Origin: Myxococcota bacterium
GTDB taxonomy: Bacteria; Myxococcota_A; Polyangia; Polyangiales; Sandaracinaceae
Length of the DNA: 43,289 nt
Reading direction: 5' to 3'
Assembly (NCBI GenBank): GCA_036149055.1
Contig: JAYZQJ010000286.1
Coordinates: 1-43,289, forward strand
Each line of letters opens with the position of its first letter. Position 1 is the stretch's first letter. The notes beneath the pieces are model-generated. The model saw only the letters and a program-made list of their open reading frames with translations, did not search any database and was not told the origin of the DNA. Positions 18,945 to 28,283 of this stretch are shown here, one piece after another. Both the position numbers and the translations under genes were made by a program.

Positions 18945-19658
18945 CTACTCGTTCTCGTCGTAGAGGTAGAGCGTGATGCCGGCGAAGGGGGTGACGGCGA
19001 CGAAGCCCTCGGCGAACCAGTCGCTCGCCGAGATCGCGTAGTCGACCGCGCAGCCGAATTCGAGGCCGAAGAAGGGCGTCAGCTCGATCTGGGCGCCGAG
19101 CGCGCCGCCGACCGGCAGCGTGAGCTCCCCGTCCGTCTCGGCGCTGGTCGTCCGCCCGGTGACGCCGGGCCACTCGAAGTTGAAGAAGCGGAGGCCGACC
19201 TGCAGCTGGACGAACGGGACGAACGCGGTCGCGTTGAAGATCATGTACCGAAGGCCCGCGCCGATGTCGAAGCGCAAGAACGCCTGGCTGGTGTCGGCGC
19301 CGAAGGTGTCGACGCCGTTGCCGGCGAGGCCGCCGATGAGCTCGACGGTGATGCCCGAGGGGAACTCCCAGCCGATGCGGCCCTGCACGCCGAAGCCGGG
19401 GCCGACCCCGAGGCGCTCGTCCGGGACCGCCCCCGTCGCGCCCATGTCCCCGCGGCGCACGTCGGTCACGTAGATCGGCGAGACGAGGTGGGCGCCGTAC
19501 TGGATGCCCCGGCCCTGCCCCTGCACGTAGCCGCGCTCGACGACCTGCTCCTCGGCCTGGCTCTCCTCGACCACGTAGACCTGCGCGGCGGCGGGCGCGG
19601 CCCCCGCGATGCTGGCGAGGGCGGCGAGGGCGGAGGCGACGGCGATGACGTGGCGCAT
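18945..19658 (-). CDS. Probable small outer-membrane beta-barrel protein
   Basis: Signal peptide MRHVIAVASALAALASIAGAAPAAA/Q; amphipathic strands GFGVQGRIGWEF, FDIGAGLRY, FVPFVQLQVG, PFAGITLY. Confidence 0.7.
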   Translation of the reverse strand: MRHVIAVASALAALASIAGAAPAAAQVYVVEESQAEEQVVERGYVQGQGRGIQYGAHLVSPIYVTDVRRGDMGATGAVPDERLGVGPGFGVQGRIGWEFPSGITVELIGGLAGNGVDTFGADTSQAFLRFDIGAGLRYMIFNATAFVPFVQLQVGLRFFNFEWPGVTGRTTSAETDGELTLPVGGALGAQIELTPFFGLEFGCAVDYAISASDWFAEGFVAVTPFAGITLYLYDENE

Positions 19659-19695
19659 GGGGCGGTTCTGGATCGCGACGGCCGGGCGCGCCAGA

Positions 19696-20157
19696 TCACT
19701 CCTCGATCGCGAAGCGGAGCTGCCGCGGCTCACCGTCGCGGATCAGCTCCACCGTCAGCTCGCTCGCGACGCCGAGGGCGTTCCACACCGAGAGCGCCTC
19801 CTCCGGGCGCTCGATCGGCATGCCGTTGACGCTCACCAGGGTGTCGCCCTCACGCAGGTCCACCCCGGCGAAGAACGGGGCCCGGAGCGCGCGCAGCCGG
19901 AAGCCGACGAAGCGGCCCTCCACGAGGTGCGGCTCGGTCTCGACGTGCTGGAGGAAGCGGCCCGGCCCGCCGGCGAGCACCGCGTCGAGCTCCGCGCGCG
20001 CGATCATGCCCTCCCGGGTCGGCGGCGCGTCCGCGGGGAGCGTGCCAGGATCCACCTCGGCGACGGGCTCCTCGGCCTCCACCGCGTGAGCGCCTCCGCC
20101 GCACGCGAGCGCGAAGAGGGACAGCCATCCGATGAGGAGCCGAGACGAGGTCATCAC
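19696..20157 (-). CDS. Lipoprotein with GspC-like PDZ domain
   Basis: FALAC lipobox; GRFVGFRL...LREGDTLVSVNGMPI...ELTVELIRDGEPRQLRF. Start is GTG 20157 or ATG 20154. Confidence 0.75.
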   Translation of the reverse strand: MMTSSRLLIGWLSLFALACGGGAHAVEAEEPVAEVDPGTLPADAPPTREGMIARAELDAVLAGGPGRFLQHVETEPHLVEGRFVGFRLRALRAPFFAGVDLREGDTLVSVNGMPIERPEEALSVWNALGVASELTVELIRDGEPRQLRFAIEE

Positions 20158-20194
20158 CTCCCCGTCCTACGGAGGCGCGCCGCGCGCGTCCAGT

Positions 20195-20596
20195 TTGTGG
20201 GCCGCGGCGCTGCTGCTCGCGGCGTGCGGCTGCCCCGAGGGAGAGGCGTGGGTTGCGGTCGAGAGCGCCGAGCGCGCGCTCGAGGTCTGCGCCGAGCTGG
20301 CCCTCACCGAAGAGGAGCGGCGGCGCGGCCTGATGGGTCACCCGCCGCTCGCGCCCGGCGAGGGCATGTACTTCGACTTCCGCGTCGAGCAGGAGATCTG
20401 CATCTTCAACGGCGGGGTGACGTTCCCCATCGACGTGCTCTACGCGGACGCCGACGGCGAGATCGTCGCGATCGAGCGCGAGGTCCCGGCGGGGGACGAG
20501 ACCCCGCGCTGTCACCCGGGCACGATGCAGGTGCTCGAGGTGGGGGCCGGCGAGCTCGCCGCCTTCGACCCGGGGGACCGGCTCGTCTTCAGGTGA
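20195..20596 (+). CDS. DUF192-family protein, probable lipoprotein
   Basis: ELALTEEERRRGLMG...GMYFDF...FPIDVLY...VLEV. Start uncertain: TTG 20195 chosen because the track ATG 20132 overlaps the divergent gene. Confidence 0.75.
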   Translation: MWAAALLLAACGCPEGEAWVAVESAERALEVCAELALTEEERRRGLMGHPPLAPGEGMYFDFRVEQEICIFNGGVTFPIDVLYADADGEIVAIEREVPAGDETPRCHPGTMQVLEVGAGELAAFDPGDRLVFR

Positions 20597-20915
20597 GGCT
20601 CTCGACCTCGACCAGCAGCGACTCGAGCCCCTCGACGCGCTCCGCGAACGCGACCGCCACGCGGTGAGGGAAGAGGCCGTCCGGATCCTCGTTCGGCTCC
20701 ACCCGCACCACCTCCCCGGTGACCGTGCGCTTGGTGCCGTCGGGGAAGTGGAGCGCGACGTCGACCTTCGAGCCGACCTCGCGCACGACCGGGCTGACGA
20801 TCTGGACGCCGCCCTCGCTCACGTCGTCGCTCACCCCGAGGGTGACCTCGCCGCTCTCTCCCGAGACCTGAACCGGCACCCAGACGGCGTGCCGCTCCGC
20901 GCTGCGCTCGTTCAT
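20589..20915 (-). CDS. Stand-alone PilZ-domain protein
   Basis: ERSAERH (RxxxR) and DVSEGG (DxSxxG) c-di-GMP motifs; GEVVRV. Confidence 0.85.
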   Translation of the reverse strand: MNERSAERHAVWVPVQVSGESGEVTLGVSDDVSEGGVQIVSPVVREVGSKVDVALHFPDGTKRTVTGEVVRVEPNEDPDGLFPHRVAVAFAERVEGLESLLVEVESLT

Positions 20916-20947
20916 CCGAGCAGCCTACCGCGTGGGCGCGGGGCCCG

Positions 20948-22462
20948 TCACCGCAGAACCAGCCAGACCACCACCGCCGCGAGCACGCCGAGCGCCACGA
21001 GCGCGACCGCCGCGAGGACCAGCTGCGCCTCCCGCCCTCGCGCCGCGAGCGGGGGCGGCGGGCGGCCCTCCACCGCCGGGCTCTCCACCACCGGGAGCTG
21101 CGCCGACGACGGGCGCCGGGGCGCGCTCGCGTTGGTGATGCCGGTCTCGTCGGAGAGCCGCGGGCCCTCGCGCGCCTGCAGGGCCTCGAGGACCCGCACG
21201 ATCGTCGGGGTGCGGATCTCGGTCGCCTCGTCGTCCTCGTCGAGGAGCTCCGGCGCCTCCCGCCTCGAGGCGGGCGTGTCCGGCCGCGTGCGGTCCAGCC
21301 CCGACGCCAGCGTCGCGTCGGCCTCGAGATCGAGATCGCTGACCTCGTCGATCGCGTCGAGCTGGAACGCGGCCATCTCGTAGCGCTTGGTCATCGTCTC
21401 CTGCCCGCCGTCGATCGACGGGAAGGTCGGCGGATCGTCGGCCCGCCGCGCCGCGAGGACGGCGAGCGCCCGCTGCTGCTCGGCCGCCAGCACCTGGGAG
21501 ACCTGGTCGGGGAACTTGCCGCGCACGTCCTCCAGCTCGTCCCGCAGCGTGCTGACGAGCAGGTCCGCGAGGTGCACGCTGTCGATCGCCGCCGCCCGCG
21601 GGAAGGCGCGCACGAGATCGCGCCGGAAGTCCTTCGCGTCCGCGTAGCGGTCGTCGGGGTGGGCCGAGAGCGCGCGCCCCACCACCGCGTCGAGCCCCGG
21701 CGTCACGTCGCGCGCGAACTGCGCGGGCGGCGGGATCCGCGGGCTGCGGACCTCCTCGAGGATCTCGAAGATCTTCTTGCCCCGGAACGGCCGGCGCATC
21801 GTGAGCATCTCCCAGAGCACGAGCCCGAGGGAGTAGACGTCGCTCCGCCGGTCGACGGGCTCGAGGCGCGCCTGCTCCGGGGACATGTAGCGGATCTTCC
21901 CCTTGAGCGTCGCGGTGTGACTCAGGTGCGACACGGCGGCGTTCTTGGCCACGCCGAAGTCGATGAGCTTCACGTGCCCCTTGTGCGACAGCAAGATGTT
22001 CTGCGGGCTCACGTCGCGGTGCACGAGCCCGAGGAGCCGGCCGGAGGCGTCCGTGACCTCGTGGGCGGCGTGCAGCCCCTCGGCGATGCGCGCGGCGATG
22101 GCCACCGCGACCTCCGGGGCGAGGCGGCGCTTGTTCCGCGAGAGCGCGTTGAGCAGCTGGGCGAGCGTGCCGCCGTGGATGTACTCCATGACGAGGAAGT
22201 ACGTGCCGGACACCTCCCCGAGGTCCTCGACGTGCACCACGTTCGGGTGCGCGATCTGGGCGGTGATGCGCGCCTCCTGCACGAACATCTCGACCGCCTG
22301 CTGGTCCTCCGCCATGTCCGGATGGATCACCTTCACGGCGACGAGACGGCTGAACCCCGCCGCGCCCTTCCGGAGCGCGAGGTAGAGGTTCGCCATCCCG
22401 CCTGCCTTGAGGTGGGCGACCACCTCGTAGGCTCCAGCCGCTCCGGAGGGGACGTCCAGCAC
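20948..22462 (-). CDS. Ser/Thr protein kinase with C-terminal TM anchor
   Basis: AGGMANLY, VAVK, HRDVSPQN, DFG, GKIRYMSPEQ; terminal hydrophobic helix. Confidence 0.9.
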   Translation of the reverse strand: MLDVPSGAAGAYEVVAHLKAGGMANLYLALRKGAAGFSRLVAVKVIHPDMAEDQQAVEMFVQEARITAQIAHPNVVHVEDLGEVSGTYFLVMEYIHGGTLAQLLNALSRNKRRLAPEVAVAIAARIAEGLHAAHEVTDASGRLLGLVHRDVSPQNILLSHKGHVKLIDFGVAKNAAVSHLSHTATLKGKIRYMSPEQARLEPVDRRSDVYSLGLVLWEMLTMRRPFRGKKIFEILEEVRSPRIPPPAQFARDVTPGLDAVVGRALSAHPDDRYADAKDFRRDLVRAFPRAAAIDSVHLADLLVSTLRDELEDVRGKFPDQVSQVLAAEQQRALAVLAARRADDPPTFPSIDGGQETMTKRYEMAAFQLDAIDEVSDLDLEADATLASGLDRTRPDTPASRREAPELLDEDDEATEIRTPTIVRVLEALQAREGPRLSDETGITNASAPRRPSSAQLPVVESPAVEGRPPPPLAARGREAQLVLAAVALVALGVLAAVVVWLVLR

Positions 22463-22466
22463 CCGC

Positions 22467-23558
22467 TCAGCCCAGCAGATCGGTCGGGTGCCTGACCCCG
22501 ACGAGGACGACCGTGACGTTGTCCTTGCCGCCTCGCTGGTTGGCGAGATCGACCAGCTTCTGCACCGCCAGATCCATGTCCGGGTGAGCCTGGATGACCT
22601 CCAGGATCTCCTCGTCGTCGGGGATCATCTTCGTGAGGCCGTCCGAGCAGAGCAGGTAGAGGTCGCCGACCTCCGGCTTGCCCACGATGACGTCGATGCT
22701 GACCTCCGGCTTCACGCCGAGGGCGCGGCTCAGGTAGGCGGCGTGCGGGCCGGTCAGCCCGAGGTTGCCGAGGGTGTGGTCGGTCGTGAGCTGCCGGATG
22801 GCGCCGCGACGGATGCGGTAGCACCGGCTGTCCCCCACGTGCGCGAGGTAGACCCGCTCCTTGCGCAGCGCGAAGCGGGTGGCGACCAGGGTGGTGCCCA
22901 TCCCCTCGAGGTGAGGCTGCCGCTTGGCCTCCTGGTAGATGGAGACGTTCGCGCGCTGCACCGCCTGCGCGAGCTCCATCGCCCGCCGCGGGAGATCGCC
23001 GCGCACGTTGCCCTCGAAGCGCTCCTCCCGGAACGACTCCGCGATCGTCTCCACCGCGGTCTCGCTCGCGATGTCGCCGCCCGCGTAGCCGCCCATGCCG
23101 TCGGCCACCGCGTAGACGCCGTGCCCGTCGAGGCGGAGGAAGCGGTCCTCGTTGCGCTTGCGCCGCTGGCCCCGGTCCGTCTGCCCGGCGGCGCTCACGA
23201 GGATGACGGCGCTGGTGCGGGTCGGCTCGTCCTCGTCGGCGCCGTCGTCGGCGACGAGCTGGATCGCCTTGGCCACCGGATCGATCTCCTCCGACTCGTC
23301 GTCGAAGATGTCGGCCTCGGGGAAGTCGGCGGGGTCGAGCTGGAGGCGCACGATGGTGACCTCCTCGCCGTCCTCGCCCGTCTCGGGCTCGAGCGGCTCG
23401 ATCGGCTTCGGGGAGCCTGGCTTCTTCTTCGGCGGGGGCGGCGTCTCGGGCCGCGCCGAGGCCGGCGCCTCGTCGCGCGTGCGCGCCAAGAGCAGCAGGG
23501 AGGCCACGAGGACCACCGCCGCCGCGCCGGCGATCAGATACAGGTTCATCTCACTCAT
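22467..23558 (-). CDS. PP2C/PPM Ser/Thr phosphatase with N-terminal TM anchor
   Basis: RKRNEDR, VADGMGG, GMGTT, AHVGDSR, LCSDGL, GGKDNVT. Confidence 0.92.
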   Translation of the reverse strand: MSEMNLYLIAGAAAVVLVASLLLLARTRDEAPASARPETPPPPKKKPGSPKPIEPLEPETGEDGEEVTIVRLQLDPADFPEADIFDDESEEIDPVAKAIQLVADDGADEDEPTRTSAVILVSAAGQTDRGQRRKRNEDRFLRLDGHGVYAVADGMGGYAGGDIASETAVETIAESFREERFEGNVRGDLPRRAMELAQAVQRANVSIYQEAKRQPHLEGMGTTLVATRFALRKERVYLAHVGDSRCYRIRRGAIRQLTTDHTLGNLGLTGPHAAYLSRALGVKPEVSIDVIVGKPEVGDLYLLCSDGLTKMIPDDEEILEVIQAHPDMDLAVQKLVDLANQRGGKDNVTVVLVGVRHPTDLLG

Positions 23559-23561
23559 CGA

Positions 23562-24542
23562 TCACTCGTTCCCGGCGAGCTCGCGCTCGTACGCGAGCCC
23601 TTCGAAGGGCTCGGGCAGCCCGATGGTCCCACCCACCGCGATCAGTCGTCCGTCCACCCCGTAGATGGAGTGGAAGGTCCGCTCGTCCGTCACCGGCGCC
23701 TCCTCGAACTCGAAGCTCGGCACCTCGACCTTCAGGATGCGGCCGAAGACCCCGGCCACGTGCGCCACCCCGGGCTCGCGCATCCACACGCCGTTGAGCC
23801 CCGGCACCGGGCCGAGGATCCGGGTCTCCCAGGTCTCGCCGTCCCAGAAGCTCACGGTCCCGTTGCTGCGCCCGCCCACGATGACGATGTGGTCGGGGCC
23901 CGTGCCCCAGAGCGACACGAGGTCGTCGGAGGCGCCGACGAAGACCTCGGTCCAGGCGGCGCCGTCCCAGTGGAGCACCAGGCCGCGGTGCCCGACCGCG
24001 TAGACGTCGTCCGGCCCGGTGCCCCACACCTTGAAGAGGCCGCGCGCGTCGCGCTCGAAGGCCGGCAGCGCGCTCTGCGACCACGCCTCGCCGTCGAAGT
24101 GGAGGATGACGGCCTCCGAGGTGTCGAGCCCGGAGCCGCCGACCGCCCAGAGATCGTCGGGGGCCACGCCCCAGATGCCCCACAGGTCCTCGGTCGTCGG
24201 GGTCTCCCAGACCTCGAAGCGCTCGCCATCCCAGCGCAGCGCCCGGCCGCCGTTGGCCACGAAGTAGACGTCGCCGTCGCCGAAGCCGTGGGCCCAGTTG
24301 ACGAGCCCCACGTCCTCGGGGACGGGGAGCGGCGCCCACTCGCCGGCGCGCTCGCGCAGCACCGCGCCGCGCTCGGGGTTGCCGCCGACCACGTAGAGCT
24401 CGTCCCCCGACGGGCCCCAGACGTTCATGCCCCAGCCGAGGGTCTCGGCCTCGGGCGCCTGGCGCCAGGTCGTGTCGGGGGCGTCGCAGCCGGCGAGCGC
24501 GAGGCAGACGATGAGCGCGAATCCAAACTTCGGGAACGGCAT
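23562..24542 (-). CDS. Beta-propeller lipoprotein (WG.GPDD.W.VG repeats)
   Basis: MPFPKFGFALIVCLALAGC lipobox; repeats WGPSGDELYVVGG, WGVAPDDLWAVGG, WGTGPDDVYAVG, WGTGPDHIVIVGG. Confidence 0.8.
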   Translation of the reverse strand: MPFPKFGFALIVCLALAGCDAPDTTWRQAPEAETLGWGMNVWGPSGDELYVVGGNPERGAVLRERAGEWAPLPVPEDVGLVNWAHGFGDGDVYFVANGGRALRWDGERFEVWETPTTEDLWGIWGVAPDDLWAVGGSGLDTSEAVILHFDGEAWSQSALPAFERDARGLFKVWGTGPDDVYAVGHRGLVLHWDGAAWTEVFVGASDDLVSLWGTGPDHIVIVGGRSNGTVSFWDGETWETRILGPVPGLNGVWMREPGVAHVAGVFGRILKVEVPSFEFEEAPVTDERTFHSIYGVDGRLIAVGGTIGLPEPFEGLAYERELAGNE

Positions 24543-24580
24543 CGCGGGGAGGATACCAGCCGGGAGGCGCTCGTCCGGCG

Positions 24581-25228
24581 TCAATCCCCGCGAAGCTCGC
24601 GGACCGCCTCCAGCACGTCGGCCGCCACCGCGTCGATGTCCCGCATCGCGTCGATGTGCACGATCGGATCGTCCGGGAAGTGCTGGTCGATCTCCTTGTA
24701 GAACGAGGCCAGCTGATGCTGCAGCTCGCTCCCGTCGTAGATCTCGCGGCCGGCCTGGCGCTCCTTGCGCCGCTTGGCCGCCTCCTCCGGGTCGACGTCG
24801 AGCACGATCGTCAGGTCCGGTCGGCGCGCGTGGCGGTTGATCTCGCGCACCCACTCCACCGTGCCCGGCTCCTCGCCGGCGGTGACCGACTGGTAGGCGA
24901 CGCTGCTGTAGTCGTAGCGATCGCTGATCACCGTCACCCCGTCCATCAGGTTGGGGTGGATGGTCGCCTCGAGGTGATCGAGCCGATCCGACGCGAAGAG
25001 CAGCGCCATCGTGCTCCACGAGGACGGCCGGTTGCCGCTGATGCCGGGCACGACCACCCGGCCGGTCAGGATCTGCCGGATGAGCACCCCGACCGGCCCG
25101 TCGCTGGGCTCGCGCGTGGTGGTGATCGGCAGGCCCTTGCCGCGCAGCGCCTGCGCGAGCAGCGCGGTGTGCGTGGTCGTGCCCGCGCCGTCGACGCCCT
25201 CGAGGACGATGAAGAGCCCCTCGATCAT
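24581..25228 (-). CDS. tmk: Thymidylate (dTMP) kinase
   Basis: FIVLEGVDGAGTTT (P-loop, K replaced by T), TREPS, LLFASDR, VISDRY, SSVAYQ, PDLTIVLDV. Confidence 0.9.
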   Translation of the reverse strand: MIEGLFIVLEGVDGAGTTTHTALLAQALRGKGLPITTTREPSDGPVGVLIRQILTGRVVVPGISGNRPSSWSTMALLFASDRLDHLEATIHPNLMDGVTVISDRYDYSSVAYQSVTAGEEPGTVEWVREINRHARRPDLTIVLDVDPEEAAKRRKERQAGREIYDGSELQHQLASFYKEIDQHFPDDPIVHIDAMRDIDAVAADVLEAVRELRGD

Positions 25229-25260
25229 GGGCGCACGCTACCACGGAAACCCGCGGCGAT

Positions 25261-26457
25261 TCAGTCCTCGAAGTCCCGACAGGCCCGGCTGCCGAAGAGG
25301 CGGGCCAGGGCCTCCGCGGCCGGGGAGAAGTCGTCCTGGCAGATGGACTGCACGGTCGATCGCTGGGGGCCGAGCGCGCGCGCCACCTGGACGAGCCGTC
25401 GGGGCGGGAACGCGACGCCGCGGCCCGGCACGTCGCAGGAGGGCACGAGCCGCGTGGCCATCGCCGGATCGATCCGCTCCTCCATGCGGGGGTCGTCGAG
25501 GATGCGCTGGTAGGTCGCGTCGGTGGCGTCGGCCCCGGTGGCGAGGTCGGTCGGCACGCCGCCGATGACCCCGAACGCCACCAGGTCCGGCCGCGAGGCG
25601 CGCAGCGCGGTCAATCCCTCCACGTAGCGGGCGACCGGCGTGAGGGCCTCGTCGGCGTGCACGAAGCAGCGGAGGTTGAGGTCGGTGGCGCCGAACCGCG
25701 CGCTGGACGGATTGAAGATCTCGGGGTCGCGAGCCGAGCAGTCCTCCTCGTCGGTGATGACGAGGACCGCCAGCAGGGTGTCCTCCCGCACGAAGCCCGC
25801 GTTGCGTCCGTCGGCGTGCCCGCTCGTGCCCCGGAAGAAGACGGGCGGCGCGTAGCCCGGCGGGGTCGACGAGGTCGGCGCGCTCGGCGCGACCGCCTTG
25901 AGGGCCGCCTCGAGCGGCTGCTCGAAGCCGCAGCCGCCGGTGCCGGCCCGGGCCACGCAGCCGACCTGCTCGGCGAAGGCCCGAGGGTCCGAGCCCGCCG
26001 GCGTGAAGCGGAGGAAGGGCGGCGCCGTGGCCGGGCACCCCGGCGCGCTCGACCGCTCGAGCAGCACGCCGTCGTCGCCGAAGTCGGAGGTGGCGCAGGT
26101 GGGGACCGTGAAGCCGCCGGTGCCCATGTCGGTGGTCACCACGCCCACCTGGAGGTCGGTCACCGCCGCCCAGTCGGGCGAGCCGTCGCGGTCCATGTCG
26201 GGCGGATCGACCAGGCGCTCCACCAGGGTGGGCAGCTGCTCGGCCAGGCTCGCCTGCTCCTCGGACATCGAGTTCGAGTTGTCGACGACGAGCAGGAGAT
26301 CGACCCCCGCCGCCTCGACGCACTTCCCGGTCGGGGCCACGAAGCCCGCGTCCCACGGCGGCGGCGAGCCGTCCGGATCGTCGATCCGGATCTCCGGGTA
26401 GCAGCCCGGCCCGAACGCCAGCAGGAGCGCCGAGAGCGCGACGAGGCGAGCGCTCAC
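25261..26457 (-). CDS. Cys-containing VWA-domain lipoprotein
   Basis: Signal ending FGPGC; DLLLVVDNSNSM (DxSxS MIDAS), VGVVTTDMG, GCGFEQPLEA, FVREDTLLAVLVITDEEDCS; GTGA coupling to the FecR gene. Confidence 0.82.
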   Translation of the reverse strand: MSARLVALSALLLAFGPGCYPEIRIDDPDGSPPPWDAGFVAPTGKCVEAAGVDLLLVVDNSNSMSEEQASLAEQLPTLVERLVDPPDMDRDGSPDWAAVTDLQVGVVTTDMGTGGFTVPTCATSDFGDDGVLLERSSAPGCPATAPPFLRFTPAGSDPRAFAEQVGCVARAGTGGCGFEQPLEAALKAVAPSAPTSSTPPGYAPPVFFRGTSGHADGRNAGFVREDTLLAVLVITDEEDCSARDPEIFNPSSARFGATDLNLRCFVHADEALTPVARYVEGLTALRASRPDLVAFGVIGGVPTDLATGADATDATYQRILDDPRMEERIDPAMATRLVPSCDVPGRGVAFPPRRLVQVARALGPQRSTVQSICQDDFSPAAEALARLFGSRACRDFED

Positions 26458-27653
26458 CGCGCTCCCTCGCAGCGCGCCGCGTCGCCGAGCCGACAGAGCG
26501 CCTCCCGCGCGTGGCCCGACAGGGCACCCTCGGGGGCCTCGGCGAGGTAGCGCGCGTAGCTCGCGCGGGCGGCGGCGGGGTCGCGGAGCCGGCGCTCCTG
26601 CAGCCGCGCCAGCGCGTAGATCGCGTTGTGACCGACCGCGCCGGTCCCGACCTCCGCCGCGCGGGCGTAGGCGGCGGCCGCCGCGTCGAGGCGACCGGAG
26701 CGCTGCGCGAGATCGCCCAGCAGGGTCGCGGCCTCGGCCTGAACGGCGCGCGGAGCCGGCGCGTCCAGGATCGCGCGCAGCTCCGGCTCGGCGCGATCGG
26801 CGCGCCCGGCGGCGATCCAGCGTCGCGCGGTCGCCAACCGCGCCGCCGGCGTCGGTGCGGGCGTCGGCGTAGGCACGACCGTGGCCGAGGGCACCGGCGC
26901 GTCGGGCGCGTCGGCCTCCCCCGGCTCCGCCCGCGCGACCGGCTCCTCGGGGACACGTTCGTCCTCGATGGCCGGCTCGGCGACCTCGGCGCGACGCGGC
27001 GCCACCGTCCAGCGCTCGCCCGCGTGGAGCTGGCGCGGCTCGCCCGCGTCCGACGGAACCACCCGGACCACGCCCTCGCGGACCGACACCTCGGTGCGCG
27101 CGTCGCCCGCCCGCACCGTGAACACCGTGCCGACCACCTCGACCCGCGCCTGGGCCGTCGTCACCGAGAGCGCCTCGCGGCCCCGCTCGCGCGGGTGGAA
27201 CTCGACCCGCACCTCGCCCCGGTCGAGCTCGAGCTCCAGCCGGTCTTCGGCGAGGGCCGCGATCCGCATGCGGCTGCCCGGGCTGAGCCGGACGCGGCTC
27301 TCCTGGACCGTCACCTCGGCGACCTCGCCCTCCCCGGTCTCGAGGACCGAGCCCGGCTCGAGCGTGCCCCGCTGCGCGGTCGCGTCGATCTCGCGCAGCT
27401 CGAAGCGCGCGACGCGGTCCGTCGGCGCCCCGCCGCGCCAGAGCGCGAGGAGCGCCGCGGCCGCCACCAGCGCGGCGACCCCGCCGAGCGCGATCCGCCC
27501 CACGCCGCGCCCCGCGCCCTCGGTCGACGCGCGCTCGCCCGCCTTCACGGCCGCCAGGAGCGTGCGCTCGCCGCGCGCCTTCGCCAGCTCGTCGAGCGTC
27601 GGCGGCTGCTCGCGGAGCCGCTGCGCGACCGCCTCGCTGCCTCGCCCGCTCAT
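26454..27653 (-). CDS. FecR-family anti-sigma factor with C-terminal TPR
   Basis: ATGA coupling to the sigma gene; TM ALVAAAALLALW; FecR core LELDRGEV...ARVEVVGTVFTV...TEVSVREGVVRV; TPR ending YLAEAPEG. Confidence 0.85.
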   Translation of the reverse strand: MSGRGSEAVAQRLREQPPTLDELAKARGERTLLAAVKAGERASTEGAGRGVGRIALGGVAALVAAAALLALWRGGAPTDRVARFELREIDATAQRGTLEPGSVLETGEGEVAEVTVQESRVRLSPGSRMRIAALAEDRLELELDRGEVRVEFHPRERGREALSVTTAQARVEVVGTVFTVRAGDARTEVSVREGVVRVVPSDAGEPRQLHAGERWTVAPRRAEVAEPAIEDERVPEEPVARAEPGEADAPDAPVPSATVVPTPTPAPTPAARLATARRWIAAGRADRAEPELRAILDAPAPRAVQAEAATLLGDLAQRSGRLDAAAAAYARAAEVGTGAVGHNAIYALARLQERRLRDPAAARASYARYLAEAPEGALSGHAREALCRLGDAARCEGAR

Positions 27654-28246
27654 CGCTCGTCTCCTTCGAGGTCCGCCTCGGCGAGGAGCTCGTCGAGGCG
27701 TCGCCGCGCCGCCTTCAGCCGCGCGTGCAGGGTCGATATCCCGGTCGAGGTCATCTCCCCGATCTCCTTGAAAGTGTACCCCTCCACCTGGTGGAGGACG
27801 AAGACCGTTCTCTGCTCGGGGCTCAACTGCGCGAGCGCGGCCTCCGCCTGGCTCAGCGCGTCGTGGCGGGCGTCCGGCGCTCCGGCGGGGCGGCCGAGCC
27901 CGACCCACTCGGTGATCTTCGACCAGCGGTGCCGTCGCGCGCGGGCCCGCGCCGCGTCCAGCGCCCGGCGGGTGGCGATCCCGACCAGCCAGGTCGAGAG
28001 CTTGCTCCGCCCGTCGAAGCGCCCCTCGAGCGCGGCGAGGAAGGTCTGCTGGACCACGTCGTCCACGTCGGGATCCGCGGGCCCGAGGATGCGGGCGACG
28101 CAGCGGTGCACCCGGTCCACGTGACCCTGGTAGAGGCGCCGGACGGCGGCCTCGTCGCCGCCCGCGGCGTCGCGCAGCAGGGCCTCCTCCTCGGACAGCC
28201 CGCCCTCGATCGCGACCAGTCTCTCGGCCATCGTCAGCGCTCCCAC
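27650..28246 (-). CDS. ECF RNA polymerase sigma factor
   Basis: GDEAAVRRLY, DDVVQQTF, FDGRSKLSTWLVGIA, LSPEQRTVFVLHQVEGYTFKEI. Start is GTG 28246 or ATG 28231. Confidence 0.92.
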   Translation of the reverse strand: MGALTMAERLVAIEGGLSEEEALLRDAAGGDEAAVRRLYQGHVDRVHRCVARILGPADPDVDDVVQQTFLAALEGRFDGRSKLSTWLVGIATRRALDAARARARRHRWSKITEWVGLGRPAGAPDARHDALSQAEAALAQLSPEQRTVFVLHQVEGYTFKEIGEMTSTGISTLHARLKAARRRLDELLAEADLEGDER

Positions 28247-28283
28247 ACCGGGGGGTCGTTCCGGCGCGCGCGGATTTCCACCG

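Noticed and set aside
28255..28283. Possible ECF autoregulatory promoter (minus strand GGAAAT...AACGAC)
   Set aside because: Match too weak without a known consensus for this ECF group.
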